From an uncultured Solirubrobacterales bacterium (GTDB lineage Bacteria > Actinomycetota > Thermoleophilia > Solirubrobacterales > 70-9): a stretch of 64,000 nt of DNA. The notes beneath the pieces are model-generated. The model made no database searches. It was not told the origin of the DNA and saw only the letters and a list, made by a program, of their open reading frames with translations. Position 1 is the first letter of the stretch, and each line of letters starts with the position of its first letter. The position numbers were made by a program, and so were the translations under genes. Location: contig CAWAFX010000002.1 of NCBI GenBank assembly GCA_963781495.1, positions 912,940 to 976,939 of the forward strand, given 5' to 3'. Below, in pieces: positions 47,727-57,562 of the stretch.

Positions 47727-49424
47727 GTGGTGGGCGCACTGGTACTGAACCGATTTCGGATCCGCGGTCAACTCGGCAGCGGCGGATTCGGCGTGGTCTA
47801 CCGGGCCTGGGACGAGCGCCTCGAGCGCGACGTCGCGGTGAAGGTGATCGATCTCGGCGGCCAGTCGGTCGAGCGCGTGCTGCGCGAAGCGCAGGCGGTC
47901 GCCCGCCTCAACCACCCCAGCATCGTCACCCTCTACGAGCTGGGGGAGGACGGCCAGCGCGCCTACCTGGTCAGCGAGTTGGTCGAGGGCGGGACCCTGG
48001 CCGCACGCCAGCGCCAGGGCGAGCTCTCCGACCGCGACGTCGGCGATCTCGCCGGCGACCTCTGCGATGCGCTCCGCCACGCCCACTCGCGTGGGGTGGT
48101 GCACCGCGACATAAAGCCCCACAACGTGCTCCTGGCCGAGACCGAGGGGAGGGCGAAGCTGATGGACTTCGGCATCGCCCGGGTCCTCGACGGCTCGTCG
48201 ATCACCGCCCCCGGCGACGTCGTCGGCACCCTCTCCTACATGGCGCCCGAGCAGGCCGAGGGCGAGGAGTCCGGCCCGCCCGCCGACGTCTACTCGCTGG
48301 CGCTGACCCTCTATGAGGCCTGGAGCGGCGAGAACCCCGTCGCCCGCGCGACCCCAGCCGCGACCGCGCGGGCGATCGGCGAGCCCCTGCCGCCGCTCGA
48401 CGCCGTCCGCGCCGACCTGCCGCTCGACCTCTGTCAGACGATCGACGACTGTCTGGCCCCGGACCCGCAGCAGCGCCCGGCGCTGGAGGATCTGGCGGAT
48501 TCGATCGAGGAGTCGCTGCCCCAGCTGGGCGCCGATCAGAGCGTTCCCCGCCCGCGTCAGCGGTGGCCCTTCGCCGCAACCGTCGCCACGCTGGTTGCCC
48601 GCGAGCCCTCCGAGCTGGCCGCGGCCGGCGCCGTCGCGGCCCTGAGCGGCGTCGTGATGGCCCTCACTCCGGCCTCCGGGCCGGGCTGGGGCTACCTGCT
48701 TCCGCTCGCCGCCGGATTGCTGACCCTGCTCTGGTCGCGGATCGGCTTCCTCGCCGGCACCGTCGCCCTCGCCGCCTGGCTGGCCGGTCCGGCCAACCGT
48801 CCCGGATCGGCGCTGCTGCTCGCCGTGCTGGCGCTGCCGCCGGGGTTGCTGCTGAGCAGCGCCCCAGCCCTCTCGCTGCCCGCCGTCTCGCCGCTGCTCG
48901 GCCTGCTCAGCCTGGCACCCGTCTATCCGGCGCTGGCCGGCCTGGCCTCGCGGGCCCGCGACCGGCTGCTGCTCGGCGCCGCCGGATACGCCTGGCTCGC
49001 GGTCGCCGAGTCGGCGCTGGACCGCAAGCTCCTGTTCGGACCCCGGGAGGCGGCGCCGGCGGGCTGGCAGCACTCGGCGGGGGCGACCGCCCGCCATCTG
49101 CTGCTGCCCCTGCTCGCCGACCCCGCGTTTCTGTTCGGGATCACCCTCTGGTCGCTGGGGGCGCTAGCGCTGGGGCTGGTCGTGCGCGGCCGCAACCCGG
49201 CCCTCGACCTGCTCGGAGCCCTGCTCTGGGCGGCGGCGCTGATCGCGGCGCTGCAGCTGCGCAGCGGCGCCGCCGGCCCGGCGCCCGGGGTGCTGGCCGC
49301 GGCCGTGCTGGCCGTGGTCGCGACGGCAATCGCCCTGCGTGCCCGCAACGCCGCTCGCCAGCAGGGGCATCTGCTGGCGCCGGGACCGCTGCAGGACGCG
49401 GGTCAAGAGGCCACACTTTCGTAG
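47727..49424 (+). CDS. Hanks-type Ser/Thr protein kinase fused to a polytopic (about 8 TM) membrane domain
   Basis: The kinase motifs are GSGGFGVVY, VAVK, HRDIKPHNVLL, DFGIAR and SYMAPE. The C-terminal 300 aa are Leu/Ala-rich TM helices. GTG starts lie at 47727 and 47730, and the longer track ORF N-terminus is Arg/Pro junk. Confidence 0.8.
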   Translation: MVGALVLNRFRIRGQLGSGGFGVVYRAWDERLERDVAVKVIDLGGQSVERVLREAQAVARLNHPSIVTLYELGEDGQRAYLVSELVEGGTLAARQRQGELSDRDVGDLAGDLCDALRHAHSRGVVHRDIKPHNVLLAETEGRAKLMDFGIARVLDGSSITAPGDVVGTLSYMAPEQAEGEESGPPADVYSLALTLYEAWSGENPVARATPAATARAIGEPLPPLDAVRADLPLDLCQTIDDCLAPDPQQRPALEDLADSIEESLPQLGADQSVPRPRQRWPFAATVATLVAREPSELAAAGAVAALSGVVMALTPASGPGWGYLLPLAAGLLTLLWSRIGFLAGTVALAAWLAGPANRPGSALLLAVLALPPGLLLSSAPALSLPAVSPLLGLLSLAPVYPALAGLASRARDRLLLGAAGYAWLAVAESALDRKLLFGPREAAPAGWQHSAGATARHLLLPLLADPAFLFGITLWSLGALALGLVVRGRNPALDLLGALLWAAALIAALQLRSGAAGPAPGVLAAAVLAVVATAIALRARNAARQQGHLLAPGPLQDAGQEATLS

Positions 49425-49444
49425 GATTTCGTCCCGGCGTCCGC

Positions 49445-50254
49445 GTGCCCAGCGGCCGCAAGACCCCTGCCAAGGAGCCTGCAATCAGCGTCCTGCGCAA
49501 TCTCGAAGCACGGATCGAAGGCCTCGTCGAGGGCGTTTTCAGCCGCGCATTCTCATCCGAGGTGCAGCCGGTCGAGCTCGCCCGCAAGCTGGCGAAGGAG
49601 ATGGATGCCCACAAGACGGCCTCTGTCTCGCGGATCTACGTGCCCAACGAGTACACGGTCTTCCTCTCCCAGCAGGACCGTTCCAAGCTCGAGGGATACG
49701 AGCGTTCCCTGGAGCAGGAGCTCTCCGGCTATCTGCTCGAGCACGCGCGGCGGCGCAGCTATGACCTGCTGACCCGGCCGGCAGTCAACTTCCAGACCGA
49801 CGAGCGGCTGCGGCTGGGTGAGTTCGGGATCCAGACCAGGCTCGTCAAGCCCCCCTCGCACGAGGGCGAGGCGCCGAGCCAGGGAGAGGAGGGCCACACG
49901 ATGGTCTACTCGGCGGTCCGCGAGCGCGAGAAGGAGAAGTCGCAAAAGCGTCCCGAGGCGGGGCTGGTGCAGACGCGGGCGATCGTCTCGCTCGGCGACC
50001 GCCGCTACGTGCTCGACGGCCCCAAGGCCGTGATCGGCCGCTCCAAGGACTGTGACTGCGTCGTGCGCGACCCCAACGTCTCGCGACGCCACGCCGAGCT
50101 GCGACGGGCCGAGACCGGGGACTGGCATATCGCCGACCTCGGATCGACCAACGGCGTCAAGGTCAACGGGCGCCAGGTGTCCTCGTCGCGGCTGCGCCCG
50201 GGGGACGAAGTCAGCCTCGGCACCTCATCTTTTAGCTTCGACATCGAGCAGTAA
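49445..50254 (+). CDS. FhaA-like protein (DUF3662 N-domain plus C-terminal FHA)
   Basis: GTG start. It has an N-terminal LRNLEARIEGLVEGVFSRAF and a C-terminal FHA domain (IGRSKDCDCVVRDPNVSRRHAEL...DLGSTNGVKVNG). Confidence 0.8.
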   Translation: MPSGRKTPAKEPAISVLRNLEARIEGLVEGVFSRAFSSEVQPVELARKLAKEMDAHKTASVSRIYVPNEYTVFLSQQDRSKLEGYERSLEQELSGYLLEHARRRSYDLLTRPAVNFQTDERLRLGEFGIQTRLVKPPSHEGEAPSQGEEGHTMVYSAVREREKEKSQKRPEAGLVQTRAIVSLGDRRYVLDGPKAVIGRSKDCDCVVRDPNVSRRHAELRRAETGDWHIADLGSTNGVKVNGRQVSSSRLRPGDEVSLGTSSFSFDIEQ

Positions 50255-50263
50255 AAAGGACAC

Positions 50264-50737
50264 GTGGATTACGAGCCGATCGCCGTGGGGCTCAAGTTCG
50301 GCTTCATCGCCGTGCTGTACCTGTTCCTGCTCTGGATCGCCCGCAGCGCGCTCAAGGACCTGCGCCAGACCGCGGCCCCGGCCCCCGACGCCACCGGGCT
50401 GCACGGGGCCGTGCTCGGCGCCGACTCGGGCTCATCCGAGGACGCCTGGCTGATCGTCGAGCGCGGCGGCGGCCTCAAGCAGGGCTCGCGGTTCGACCTC
50501 TTCGGCGGCCTCTCGATCGGGCGCTCCGGCGACGCCGACGTCCAGATCGAGGACCGCTATGCCTCCGGCCTGCACGCGAGGATCTACTCGCATGGCGGGC
50601 ATTTCTACGTCGAGGACCTCAAATCGACTAACGGAACCCTGCTCAACGACCAGGCCCTGGGCGGAGAGTCGGAGCTGATGGAGGGGGACATGATCAGGAT
50701 CGGGGACACCGAATTTCGGTTCGAGCCGGGTAGGTAG
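50264..50737 (+). CDS. FhaB/FipA-like membrane-anchored FHA protein
   Basis: 157 aa with a GTG start after AAGGA. It has an N-terminal TM and an FHA domain (IGRSGDADVQIEDRYASGLHARI...DLKSTNGTLLN). Confidence 0.8.
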   Translation: MDYEPIAVGLKFGFIAVLYLFLLWIARSALKDLRQTAAPAPDATGLHGAVLGADSGSSEDAWLIVERGGGLKQGSRFDLFGGLSIGRSGDADVQIEDRYASGLHARIYSHGGHFYVEDLKSTNGTLLNDQALGGESELMEGDMIRIGDTEFRFEPGR

Positions 50738-50746
50738 CCGCCCCCG

Positions 50747-51910
50747 ATGCTCAGAGTCGCCGAACAGGCTTACCGGACTGACACCGGACGCCAGCGCCGC
50801 GCCAACGAGGACGCCTACTACGTGCGGGCGCCGATCTTCGTCGTCGCCGACGGGATGGGCGGCGCCCAGGCCGGGGAGGTCGCCTCGCGGATGGCCGCCG
50901 AGACGTTCGACCGCGACCTCGGGTCGGGTCCGCCGGAAAAGCTCTTGGCCTCGGCCTTCGTCACCGCCAACAGCGAGATCCACGAGCACGCGGGGCGCGA
51001 CTCCAGCCGCGCGGGGATGGGGACGACGCTGACGGCGGTGATCGTCGATTCGGAGAACGACGAGGTTGCGATCGGCCACGTCGGCGACAGCCGCGCCTAC
51101 CGCCTGCGCGGACGCAAGCTCGAGCGCCTGACACAAGACCACTCGCTGGTCGAGGAGCTGCGCCGCAAGGGCCAGCTCACCGACGCCGAGGCCGAGGAGC
51201 ATCCGCAGCGCTCGATCATCACCCGGGCGCTGGGGCCCGAAGCCGAGGTCGAGCCCGACATCGCAACCATCTCGGCCCGGCCCGGGGACGTCTTTCTGAT
51301 CTGCTCCGACGGCCTGACGACGATGCTGGGGGAGGAGCGGATCGGGCAGCTGCTCAGCGGCGCGACCAGCCTCGAGGCCGGGGTGCGGGCGCTGATCGCC
51401 GAGGCGAACCGTGCCGGCGGGCGGGACAACATCACAGCCGTGGCGTTCCGGCTCGAGGAGGTCGGCGCGCCGGCGCCGCAGGCCGACCAGCCCACCCTGA
51501 TCGGCCCCTCCGCCGAAGCCGAGGGGCTGCGGGCGGAGGAGGTCAGGGCGGCCGCGCGCGAGCCGCGGGCGCCAAAGAGCCCGCGCCGGGCCCTGAGGAC
51601 GATCGCCAAGGTCCTGGCGGCGCTGCTGATCCTCGGAGCGCTCGGCTTCGGCGCCTGGTACGGCAACCGCCAGATCTGGTTCCTGGGAACCGACGGCGCG
51701 GGCCGGATGGCTCTCTACCGCGGCCTGCCTTACGACCTTCCGCTCGGCGTCCACCTCTACGAGGAGCGCTACGCGAGCCCGATCCAGACCACCTCGGTGC
51801 CAGCCGGCCGCCGCGACTCGGTCACCGGCCACAAGCTGCGTTCGCGCAGCGACGCGGTCTCGCTGATCGAGGACCTGGAGCGGACCCAGGCAGCCCTCCC
51901 GCCACGATGA
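50747..51910 (+). CDS. pstP: PP2C-family Ser/Thr phosphatase (PstP-like) with C-terminal TM
   Basis: 387 aa with RRANEDAY, VADGMGG, LICSDGL and GGRDNIT motifs. Confidence 0.9.
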   Translation: MLRVAEQAYRTDTGRQRRANEDAYYVRAPIFVVADGMGGAQAGEVASRMAAETFDRDLGSGPPEKLLASAFVTANSEIHEHAGRDSSRAGMGTTLTAVIVDSENDEVAIGHVGDSRAYRLRGRKLERLTQDHSLVEELRRKGQLTDAEAEEHPQRSIITRALGPEAEVEPDIATISARPGDVFLICSDGLTTMLGEERIGQLLSGATSLEAGVRALIAEANRAGGRDNITAVAFRLEEVGAPAPQADQPTLIGPSAEAEGLRAEEVRAAAREPRAPKSPRRALRTIAKVLAALLILGALGFGAWYGNRQIWFLGTDGAGRMALYRGLPYDLPLGVHLYEERYASPIQTTSVPAGRRDSVTGHKLRSRSDAVSLIEDLERTQAALPPR

Positions 51911-53235
51911 GAAGCGCCCGCAACCGCGAGCTGATCGCGCTGGTCCCGGTGGCGCTGCTTCTGACCGCCGGCTTCACCGCCGTCTTCATCCAGGAGGGCA
52001 GCAACCAGCTCGGCAACCTCAGCCTCGTCTACGGCGGCTATTTCCTGGCGATCTGCCTCGCCACCCACCTCTATCTGCGCGTCCGCCTGCCCTATGCCGA
52101 CCCCTACCTGTTCCCGCTGATGGCGCTGTTGGCCGCCTTCGGGCTGGTGATCATCTACCGGATCGACGACACCCTGGCCCGCGACCAGGCGAACTGGTTC
52201 GTCCTCGGGCTGCTGCTGTTCGCGCTGACGATCCACTTCCTGCGCGACTACGAGGTGCTGGAGCGCTACCGCTACCTGATCGCGACGCTGGGGATCGCGC
52301 TGCTGCTGGCGCCGCGGCTGCCGGGGGTCGGCCAGCAGGTGAACGGCGCCTACCTGGGGGTGCAGGTCGGCTCGATCTCCTTCCAGCCGGCCGAGTTCTC
52401 GAAGATCTGCCTGGTCATCTTCCTGGCCAGCTACCTGCGCGAGCACCGCGAGGTGCTGGTCGTCGGGGCGCGGCGGGTCGCGGGGGTGACGCTGCCGCCG
52501 CTCAAGCACATGGGCCCGCTGCTGGTCGTCTGGGGGGCCTCGATGTTCATGCTCGTCTACATCCGCGACCTCGGCAGCTCGCTGATGTTCTTCGCCGCAT
52601 TCCTGGCCCTGCTCTACGTCGCCACCGCCCGCTTCTCCTTCGTCGTCATTGGGATGGCGATGTTCCTGGTCGGGGCCGTCTTCTTCGCCCACACCGTGCC
52701 TCACGTCCACGATCGCGTCGACGTTTGGCTGGACCCCTACCAGCACCCGCAGGCGGACGGCTACCAGGTCCTGCAGTCGATCTTCGCCCAGGCCGACGGA
52801 GGGCTCTTCGGCCAGGGCTTCGGCCAGTCGCTGCTCAACATTCCGGGCAGCAACCCGCCGGTGGCACTGCTGCCGGCGGCCCAGACCGACACGATCTACT
52901 CCCTGATCGTCGATGAGCTCGGGCTCTTCGGCGCCGCCGCGGTCTGCCTGACCTACCTGCTGATCGCGGCCCGCGGCTTCAAGACGGCGATCGTCGCCAG
53001 CGACGGGTTCTCGAAGCTGCTCGCCACCGGACTGACCGCCGTCTTCGCGATCCAGGCGTTCGTGATCATCGGCGGCGTGACGCGGGTGATCCCGCTGACC
53101 GGGGTCACGCTGCCCCTGATCAGCTACGGCGGCAGCTCGATCCTCGCCAACTTCGTGCTGCTGGCGCTGCTGCTCTTGATCTCCGACCGTGCCCGCCGCC
53201 AGCTGGCCGGGGTCGAGCCGGTGGTGACGGCGTGA
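51907..53235 (+). CDS. SEDS-family peptidoglycan polymerase (RodA/FtsW)
   Basis: 442 aa and polytopic, with QPAEFSKI and TGVTLPLISYGGSS motifs. ATGA overlap with pstP. Confidence 0.9.
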   Translation: MRSARNRELIALVPVALLLTAGFTAVFIQEGSNQLGNLSLVYGGYFLAICLATHLYLRVRLPYADPYLFPLMALLAAFGLVIIYRIDDTLARDQANWFVLGLLLFALTIHFLRDYEVLERYRYLIATLGIALLLAPRLPGVGQQVNGAYLGVQVGSISFQPAEFSKICLVIFLASYLREHREVLVVGARRVAGVTLPPLKHMGPLLVVWGASMFMLVYIRDLGSSLMFFAAFLALLYVATARFSFVVIGMAMFLVGAVFFAHTVPHVHDRVDVWLDPYQHPQADGYQVLQSIFAQADGGLFGQGFGQSLLNIPGSNPPVALLPAAQTDTIYSLIVDELGLFGAAAVCLTYLLIAARGFKTAIVASDGFSKLLATGLTAVFAIQAFVIIGGVTRVIPLTGVTLPLISYGGSSILANFVLLALLLLISDRARRQLAGVEPVVTA

Positions 53236-54680
53236 ATGCCCAGGTCGCAAAGCTCTACGGGCTGATCGTGCTGATGTTCGCGGTGCTGATCGGCTTCACG
53301 TCCTACTGGTCGGTCTTCGATGCCCAGGCGCTGAAGGACAAGCGGGTCAACCGCCGACCGCTGCTGGAGGAGCTTCAGGTGCGGCGGGGGACGATCAAGG
53401 CCGACGACGGAACGGTGCTGGCGAAGTCGACCAAGCAGGGTCAGGGCTCGAGCCACTTCTACACCCGCCACTACCCGCAGGGCAGCCTCTTCGGCCATCC
53501 GATCGGCTACAGCTTCCTCGACCGCGGTCAGGCCGGCTTCGAGCGCTTCCACAACGACGATCTGGTCGGCAACAAGTCCGAGTTCAGCTCGATCCTCGAC
53601 CAGCTGCAAGGCAGACAACAAGAGGGTGAGGACATCGTCACCTCGCTCGACCCGGCGGCGCAGCGGGCGGCGCTGGACGGACTCGCGGGCCGCGCCGGGG
53701 CGGTGGTCGCGATCGAGCCCAAGACCGGCAAGGTGCGCGCACTGGTCAGCGAGCCGCCTTATGACCCCAACCAGATCCCGAACCGCTTCTCGCAGCTCAA
53801 CAAGGACTCCTCGGCCCCGCTGCTGGACCGCGCGACCCAGAGCGGCTACGCACCCGGCTCGACCTTCAAGGTCGTGACCGCGACGGCGGCGATCGACAGC
53901 GGCCAGTACACCCCCGACTCGGTGATCGACGGCCACTCGCCGATCAACGTCCAGGGCATCCCGCTCTCCAACGCAGGCGGCGAGCAGTTCGGCCCGATCA
54001 CGCTCACCGACGCGCTGACCAACTCGGTCAACACCGTCTTCGCCCAGGTGGGGGAGAAGGTCGGCACGGCGACGATGTACCAGTACATGGACCGCTTCGG
54101 CTTCAACGCGAAGCCGCAGATCGACCTGCCGAGCGACGAGCTGGCGATCAGCGGCGACTACGACAACGGCCATCTGCTCGGCCCCGGCGACCCGATCGAC
54201 ATCGGCCGGGTCGCGATCGGGCAGGAGCGGCTGTTCGTCACCCCGCTGCAGATGGCGGAGGTCGCGGCGACCGTCGCCAACGGCGGCGAGCTGATGCGCC
54301 CGCAGATCTGGGACCGGGTGGTCGACCCGGACGGCCGCACGGTGAAGCGGATGAACCCGACCGTGCAGTCGCAGGTGATGAAGCCCGAGACCGCGACCGA
54401 GCTCAACACGATGATGCAGAACGTGGTCAACGACGGCACCGCCGCCGGCGTCTTTCCCTCCTCGCTCCATGTCGCCGGCAAGACCGGGACCGCCGAGCTC
54501 GGCACCGGCAGGCAGGGGTGCTCGCTCCCCAACCAGGCCTGGTTCATCGGCTTCGCGCCAGCCGACAACCCCAAGATCGCGGTCGCGTCGACGATCGAGT
54601 GCACCTCGAGCTTCGGGGCCGAGGTCGCGGGGCCGATCACCCGCTCGGTGATGGAGACGATCCTCGGTGAGGGCGGCTGA
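53232..54680 (+). CDS. pbpA: class B penicillin-binding protein (PbpA-like transpeptidase)
   Basis: 482 aa with the STFK, SNS(V)N and KTGT motifs. GTGA overlap with the SEDS gene. Confidence 0.9.
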   Translation: MNAQVAKLYGLIVLMFAVLIGFTSYWSVFDAQALKDKRVNRRPLLEELQVRRGTIKADDGTVLAKSTKQGQGSSHFYTRHYPQGSLFGHPIGYSFLDRGQAGFERFHNDDLVGNKSEFSSILDQLQGRQQEGEDIVTSLDPAAQRAALDGLAGRAGAVVAIEPKTGKVRALVSEPPYDPNQIPNRFSQLNKDSSAPLLDRATQSGYAPGSTFKVVTATAAIDSGQYTPDSVIDGHSPINVQGIPLSNAGGEQFGPITLTDALTNSVNTVFAQVGEKVGTATMYQYMDRFGFNAKPQIDLPSDELAISGDYDNGHLLGPGDPIDIGRVAIGQERLFVTPLQMAEVAATVANGGELMRPQIWDRVVDPDGRTVKRMNPTVQSQVMKPETATELNTMMQNVVNDGTAAGVFPSSLHVAGKTGTAELGTGRQGCSLPNQAWFIGFAPADNPKIAVASTIECTSSFGAEVAGPITRSVMETILGEGG

Positions 54681-54682
54681 GC

Positions 54683-56587
54683 ATGCCCGACGTGGCCGAG
54701 AACCAGGTCGTCGACAACCGCTACCGGGTGCTCGGCCGGCTCGGCTCCGGCGGCATGGCCGACGTCTGGTGCGCCGAGGACACCCACCTGCAGCGCAAGG
54801 TGGCGCTGAAGGTCCTGCACCACCGCTTCGCGCAGGACACCGAGTTCGTCGAGCGCTTCCGCCGCGAGGCCGAGGCGGCGGCAGGGCTCCAGCACCCCAA
54901 CGTGGTCGGCGTCTTCGACCGCGGCGCGGTCGACGGCACCTACTACATCGCGATGGAGTACCTGGAGGGCCGCTCGCTGAAGGAGCTGATCGACGCTGGG
55001 CTGCCGCAGGCGACCACCCTCTCGATCGTGCGCCAGATCCTCGAGGCGGCCCGCTTCGCCCACCGCCACGGAATCGTCCACCGCGACCTCAAGCCGCAGA
55101 ACGTAATCGTCGACAACGAGGGCCATACGACGGTGACCGACTTCGGGATCGCCCGCGCCGGCGTCTCGGAGATCACCCAGACCGGATCGGTGATGGGGAC
55201 CGCCCACTACCTCTCGCCGGAACAGGCCCAGGGGCTGGAGGTGACCCCTTCCTCGGACCTCTACTCGATCGGGGTGATCCTCTACGAGGCGCTGACCGGC
55301 CGAGTCCCGTTCGAGGGAGAGAGCACCGTGGCGGTGGCGCTGAAGCAGGTCTCACAGACTCCGCAGCGGCCCAGCGCGCTGAACCCCGAGATCTCGCCGG
55401 CACTCGACGCGGTGGTGATGCGGGCGCTGGCCAAGGAGCCGGCCCAGCGCTTCGCCGACGCGGAGGCGTTCCTGGCCGCGCTCGACGCCGCCGAGCGCGA
55501 TCCCGCCTCGGCTCCGCCGGGGTCGACCGCGACCTTCGCCCCGCTGCCTCCGGCCGAGGCGCCGCCACCGCCTCCGGTAGCCGGCGACGGCATCCCGCCC
55601 GAGGAGCGCGAGCGCAACATCTGGCCCTGGGTCCTGGGGGCGGTCGTGCTGGGATTGATCATCGGGCTGCTGCTCAGCCAGCGCAGCGCCCCCAAGGCCG
55701 ACATCCCCAACGTCACCGGCCAGGACGTCTCCGACGCCGAGACGGTGCTGCAGGTGCGCGGCTTCCAGGTGGAGACCGAAACAGTGCACCGGCTCGGCCC
55801 CAAGAACGTGGTCCTCGAGCAGGACCCGCCCGCGGGGCGCGCCGACCAGAGCTGTGACTTCCTCAAGCTCTCCTGTACCAAGCCCGACGTCACCCTGACC
55901 GTCAACGCAGGCCCCGGGCAGGCGAAGGTGCCGTCGGTGACCGGGCTCGATCAGGCCGCCGCCGAGGCGAAGCTCAAAGGGGCCCATTTCGTGCCCGTCG
56001 TCCAGCGCACCCCGTCGCAGTCGGTGCCCGCGGGGAGCGTGATCAGCAGCGATCCGTCCGGCGGCGACAACGCGCGCCAGGGATCGGAGGTGACGCTGAA
56101 CGTCTCCAGCGGCCCGAAGACGGTCTCGGTCCCGCTCGTGGTCGGCGAGACGCAGGCGGTGGCGACGGCCGAGATCCGCAGTCGCGGCCTGACCGCCAAG
56201 GTCGTGAAGCGAAAGAGCGACACGGCGGCGGGCCAGGTCATCTCCCAGGCCCCCGACGCCGGCAGCCAGGTCGACCAGGGCTCGGCGGTGACGATCGAGG
56301 TCTCCTCCGGCAGCGCCAAGGTCGCGGTCCCGAACGTGATCGGCCAGACGCGTTCCGGCGCTGCGTCGCTGCTGCACGCCAAGGGCTTCGCGGTCTCGGT
56401 CAAGGAACAGAGCGTCGGCGTCGCCGCCCAGGACGGCCGCGTCGTGGACCAGTTCCCCTCCCCGAACAGCTCCGAGACGAAGGGCAGCACGGTGACGATC
56501 TTCGTCGGCAGCTTCAGCGCCCCGACACCGCCGGCGACCACGACGACGCCGACCACCACGACGACGCCGACGCCGCGGAGAGGCTGA
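54683..56587 (+). CDS. pknB: PASTA-domain Ser/Thr protein kinase PknB
   Basis: 634 aa with a kinase domain (GSGGMADVW, HRDLKPQNVIV, DFGIAR), a TM and four PASTA repeats (VPNVTG.., VPSVTG.., VPLVVG.., VPNVIG..). Confidence 0.92.
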   Translation: MPDVAENQVVDNRYRVLGRLGSGGMADVWCAEDTHLQRKVALKVLHHRFAQDTEFVERFRREAEAAAGLQHPNVVGVFDRGAVDGTYYIAMEYLEGRSLKELIDAGLPQATTLSIVRQILEAARFAHRHGIVHRDLKPQNVIVDNEGHTTVTDFGIARAGVSEITQTGSVMGTAHYLSPEQAQGLEVTPSSDLYSIGVILYEALTGRVPFEGESTVAVALKQVSQTPQRPSALNPEISPALDAVVMRALAKEPAQRFADAEAFLAALDAAERDPASAPPGSTATFAPLPPAEAPPPPPVAGDGIPPEERERNIWPWVLGAVVLGLIIGLLLSQRSAPKADIPNVTGQDVSDAETVLQVRGFQVETETVHRLGPKNVVLEQDPPAGRADQSCDFLKLSCTKPDVTLTVNAGPGQAKVPSVTGLDQAAAEAKLKGAHFVPVVQRTPSQSVPAGSVISSDPSGGDNARQGSEVTLNVSSGPKTVSVPLVVGETQAVATAEIRSRGLTAKVVKRKSDTAAGQVISQAPDAGSQVDQGSAVTIEVSSGSAKVAVPNVIGQTRSGAASLLHAKGFAVSVKEQSVGVAAQDGRVVDQFPSPNSSETKGSTVTIFVGSFSAPTPPATTTTPTTTTTPTPRRG

Positions 56588-57556
56588 GTGAAGGTCGCGG
56601 TCCTGTCAGGCGGCCGCTCCAGCGAGCACGAGGTCTCGCTGCGCTCCGGCGCCTCGGTCGCCGAGGGACTGCGCCAGGCGGGCCACGAGGTGCTGGCGGT
56701 TCAGATCGGCCGCGACGGCGCCTGGTCCTGCGATGGTGACCCGGTTCAGCTGTCGCCCGGCGGCGGTCTGCTCGACTGCGAGGCCGCCTTTCCTGTCCTT
56801 CACGGCCCCTTCGGCGAGGACGGCACGGTGCAGGGGCTTCTCGAGTGCCTCGACGTCGCCTACGTCGGTGCCGACGTGCTGGCCTCGGCGCTCTGCATGG
56901 ACAAGCTGACCTTCAAGCGCCTGCTCGCCTTCCACGGCGTTCCCCAGGTCGAGTTCACCCAGGCCGGGGAAGAGGGATGGCGCCAGCGCGCCGCCTCCTT
57001 CGGGCTGCCGCTCTGGGTCAAGCCCTCGCGGCTCGGCTCCAGCGTCGGTATCAGCAAGGTGACGTCGCCCGAGCGGGAGCTCGACGAGGCGGTCGAGGTC
57101 GCGGCGCGCCACGACCCGCGGGTGATCGTCGAGGCTTCGGCCGGCGGCCGCGAGGTCGAATGCTCGGTGCTCGGAAACGAGCAGCCCGAGACCTCGCTGC
57201 CGGGCGAGATCGTCGCCCACGCCGACTGGTACGACTACGAGGCCAAGTACTCCGAGGGTGGGATGGAGCTGCTGGTCCCGGCGCCGATCGAGGACTCGGC
57301 CCTGGCCCGCGTGCGCGAGCTCGCGGCGCTGGTCTTCACGCTCACCGGCTGCAGCGGCATGGCTCGCTGTGACTTCTTCGTCAGCGAGGACGGGGAGGTG
57401 CTGGTGAACGAGATCAACACGATCCCCGGCTTCACCGAGACCAGCGTCTACGCGAAGCTGTTCGAGGCCACCGGGCGCGGCTACCCCGAGCTCTGCGAGC
57501 GCCTGCTGCAGCTCGGCGTCGAGCGCCACCGGCGCTCGCGGACGTACGACTTCTAA
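56588..57556 (+). CDS. ddl: D-alanine--D-alanine ligase (paralogue 2, DdlA-like)
   Basis: 322 aa. The GTG start is the codon immediately following the pknB TGA. It has MKVAVLSGGRSSEHEVSLRSG and VLHGPFGEDGTVQGLLE and an ATP-grasp body. Confidence 0.9.
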   Translation: MKVAVLSGGRSSEHEVSLRSGASVAEGLRQAGHEVLAVQIGRDGAWSCDGDPVQLSPGGGLLDCEAAFPVLHGPFGEDGTVQGLLECLDVAYVGADVLASALCMDKLTFKRLLAFHGVPQVEFTQAGEEGWRQRAASFGLPLWVKPSRLGSSVGISKVTSPERELDEAVEVAARHDPRVIVEASAGGREVECSVLGNEQPETSLPGEIVAHADWYDYEAKYSEGGMELLVPAPIEDSALARVRELAALVFTLTGCSGMARCDFFVSEDGEVLVNEINTIPGFTETSVYAKLFEATGRGYPELCERLLQLGVERHRRSRTYDF

Positions 57557-57562
57557 TCACTT

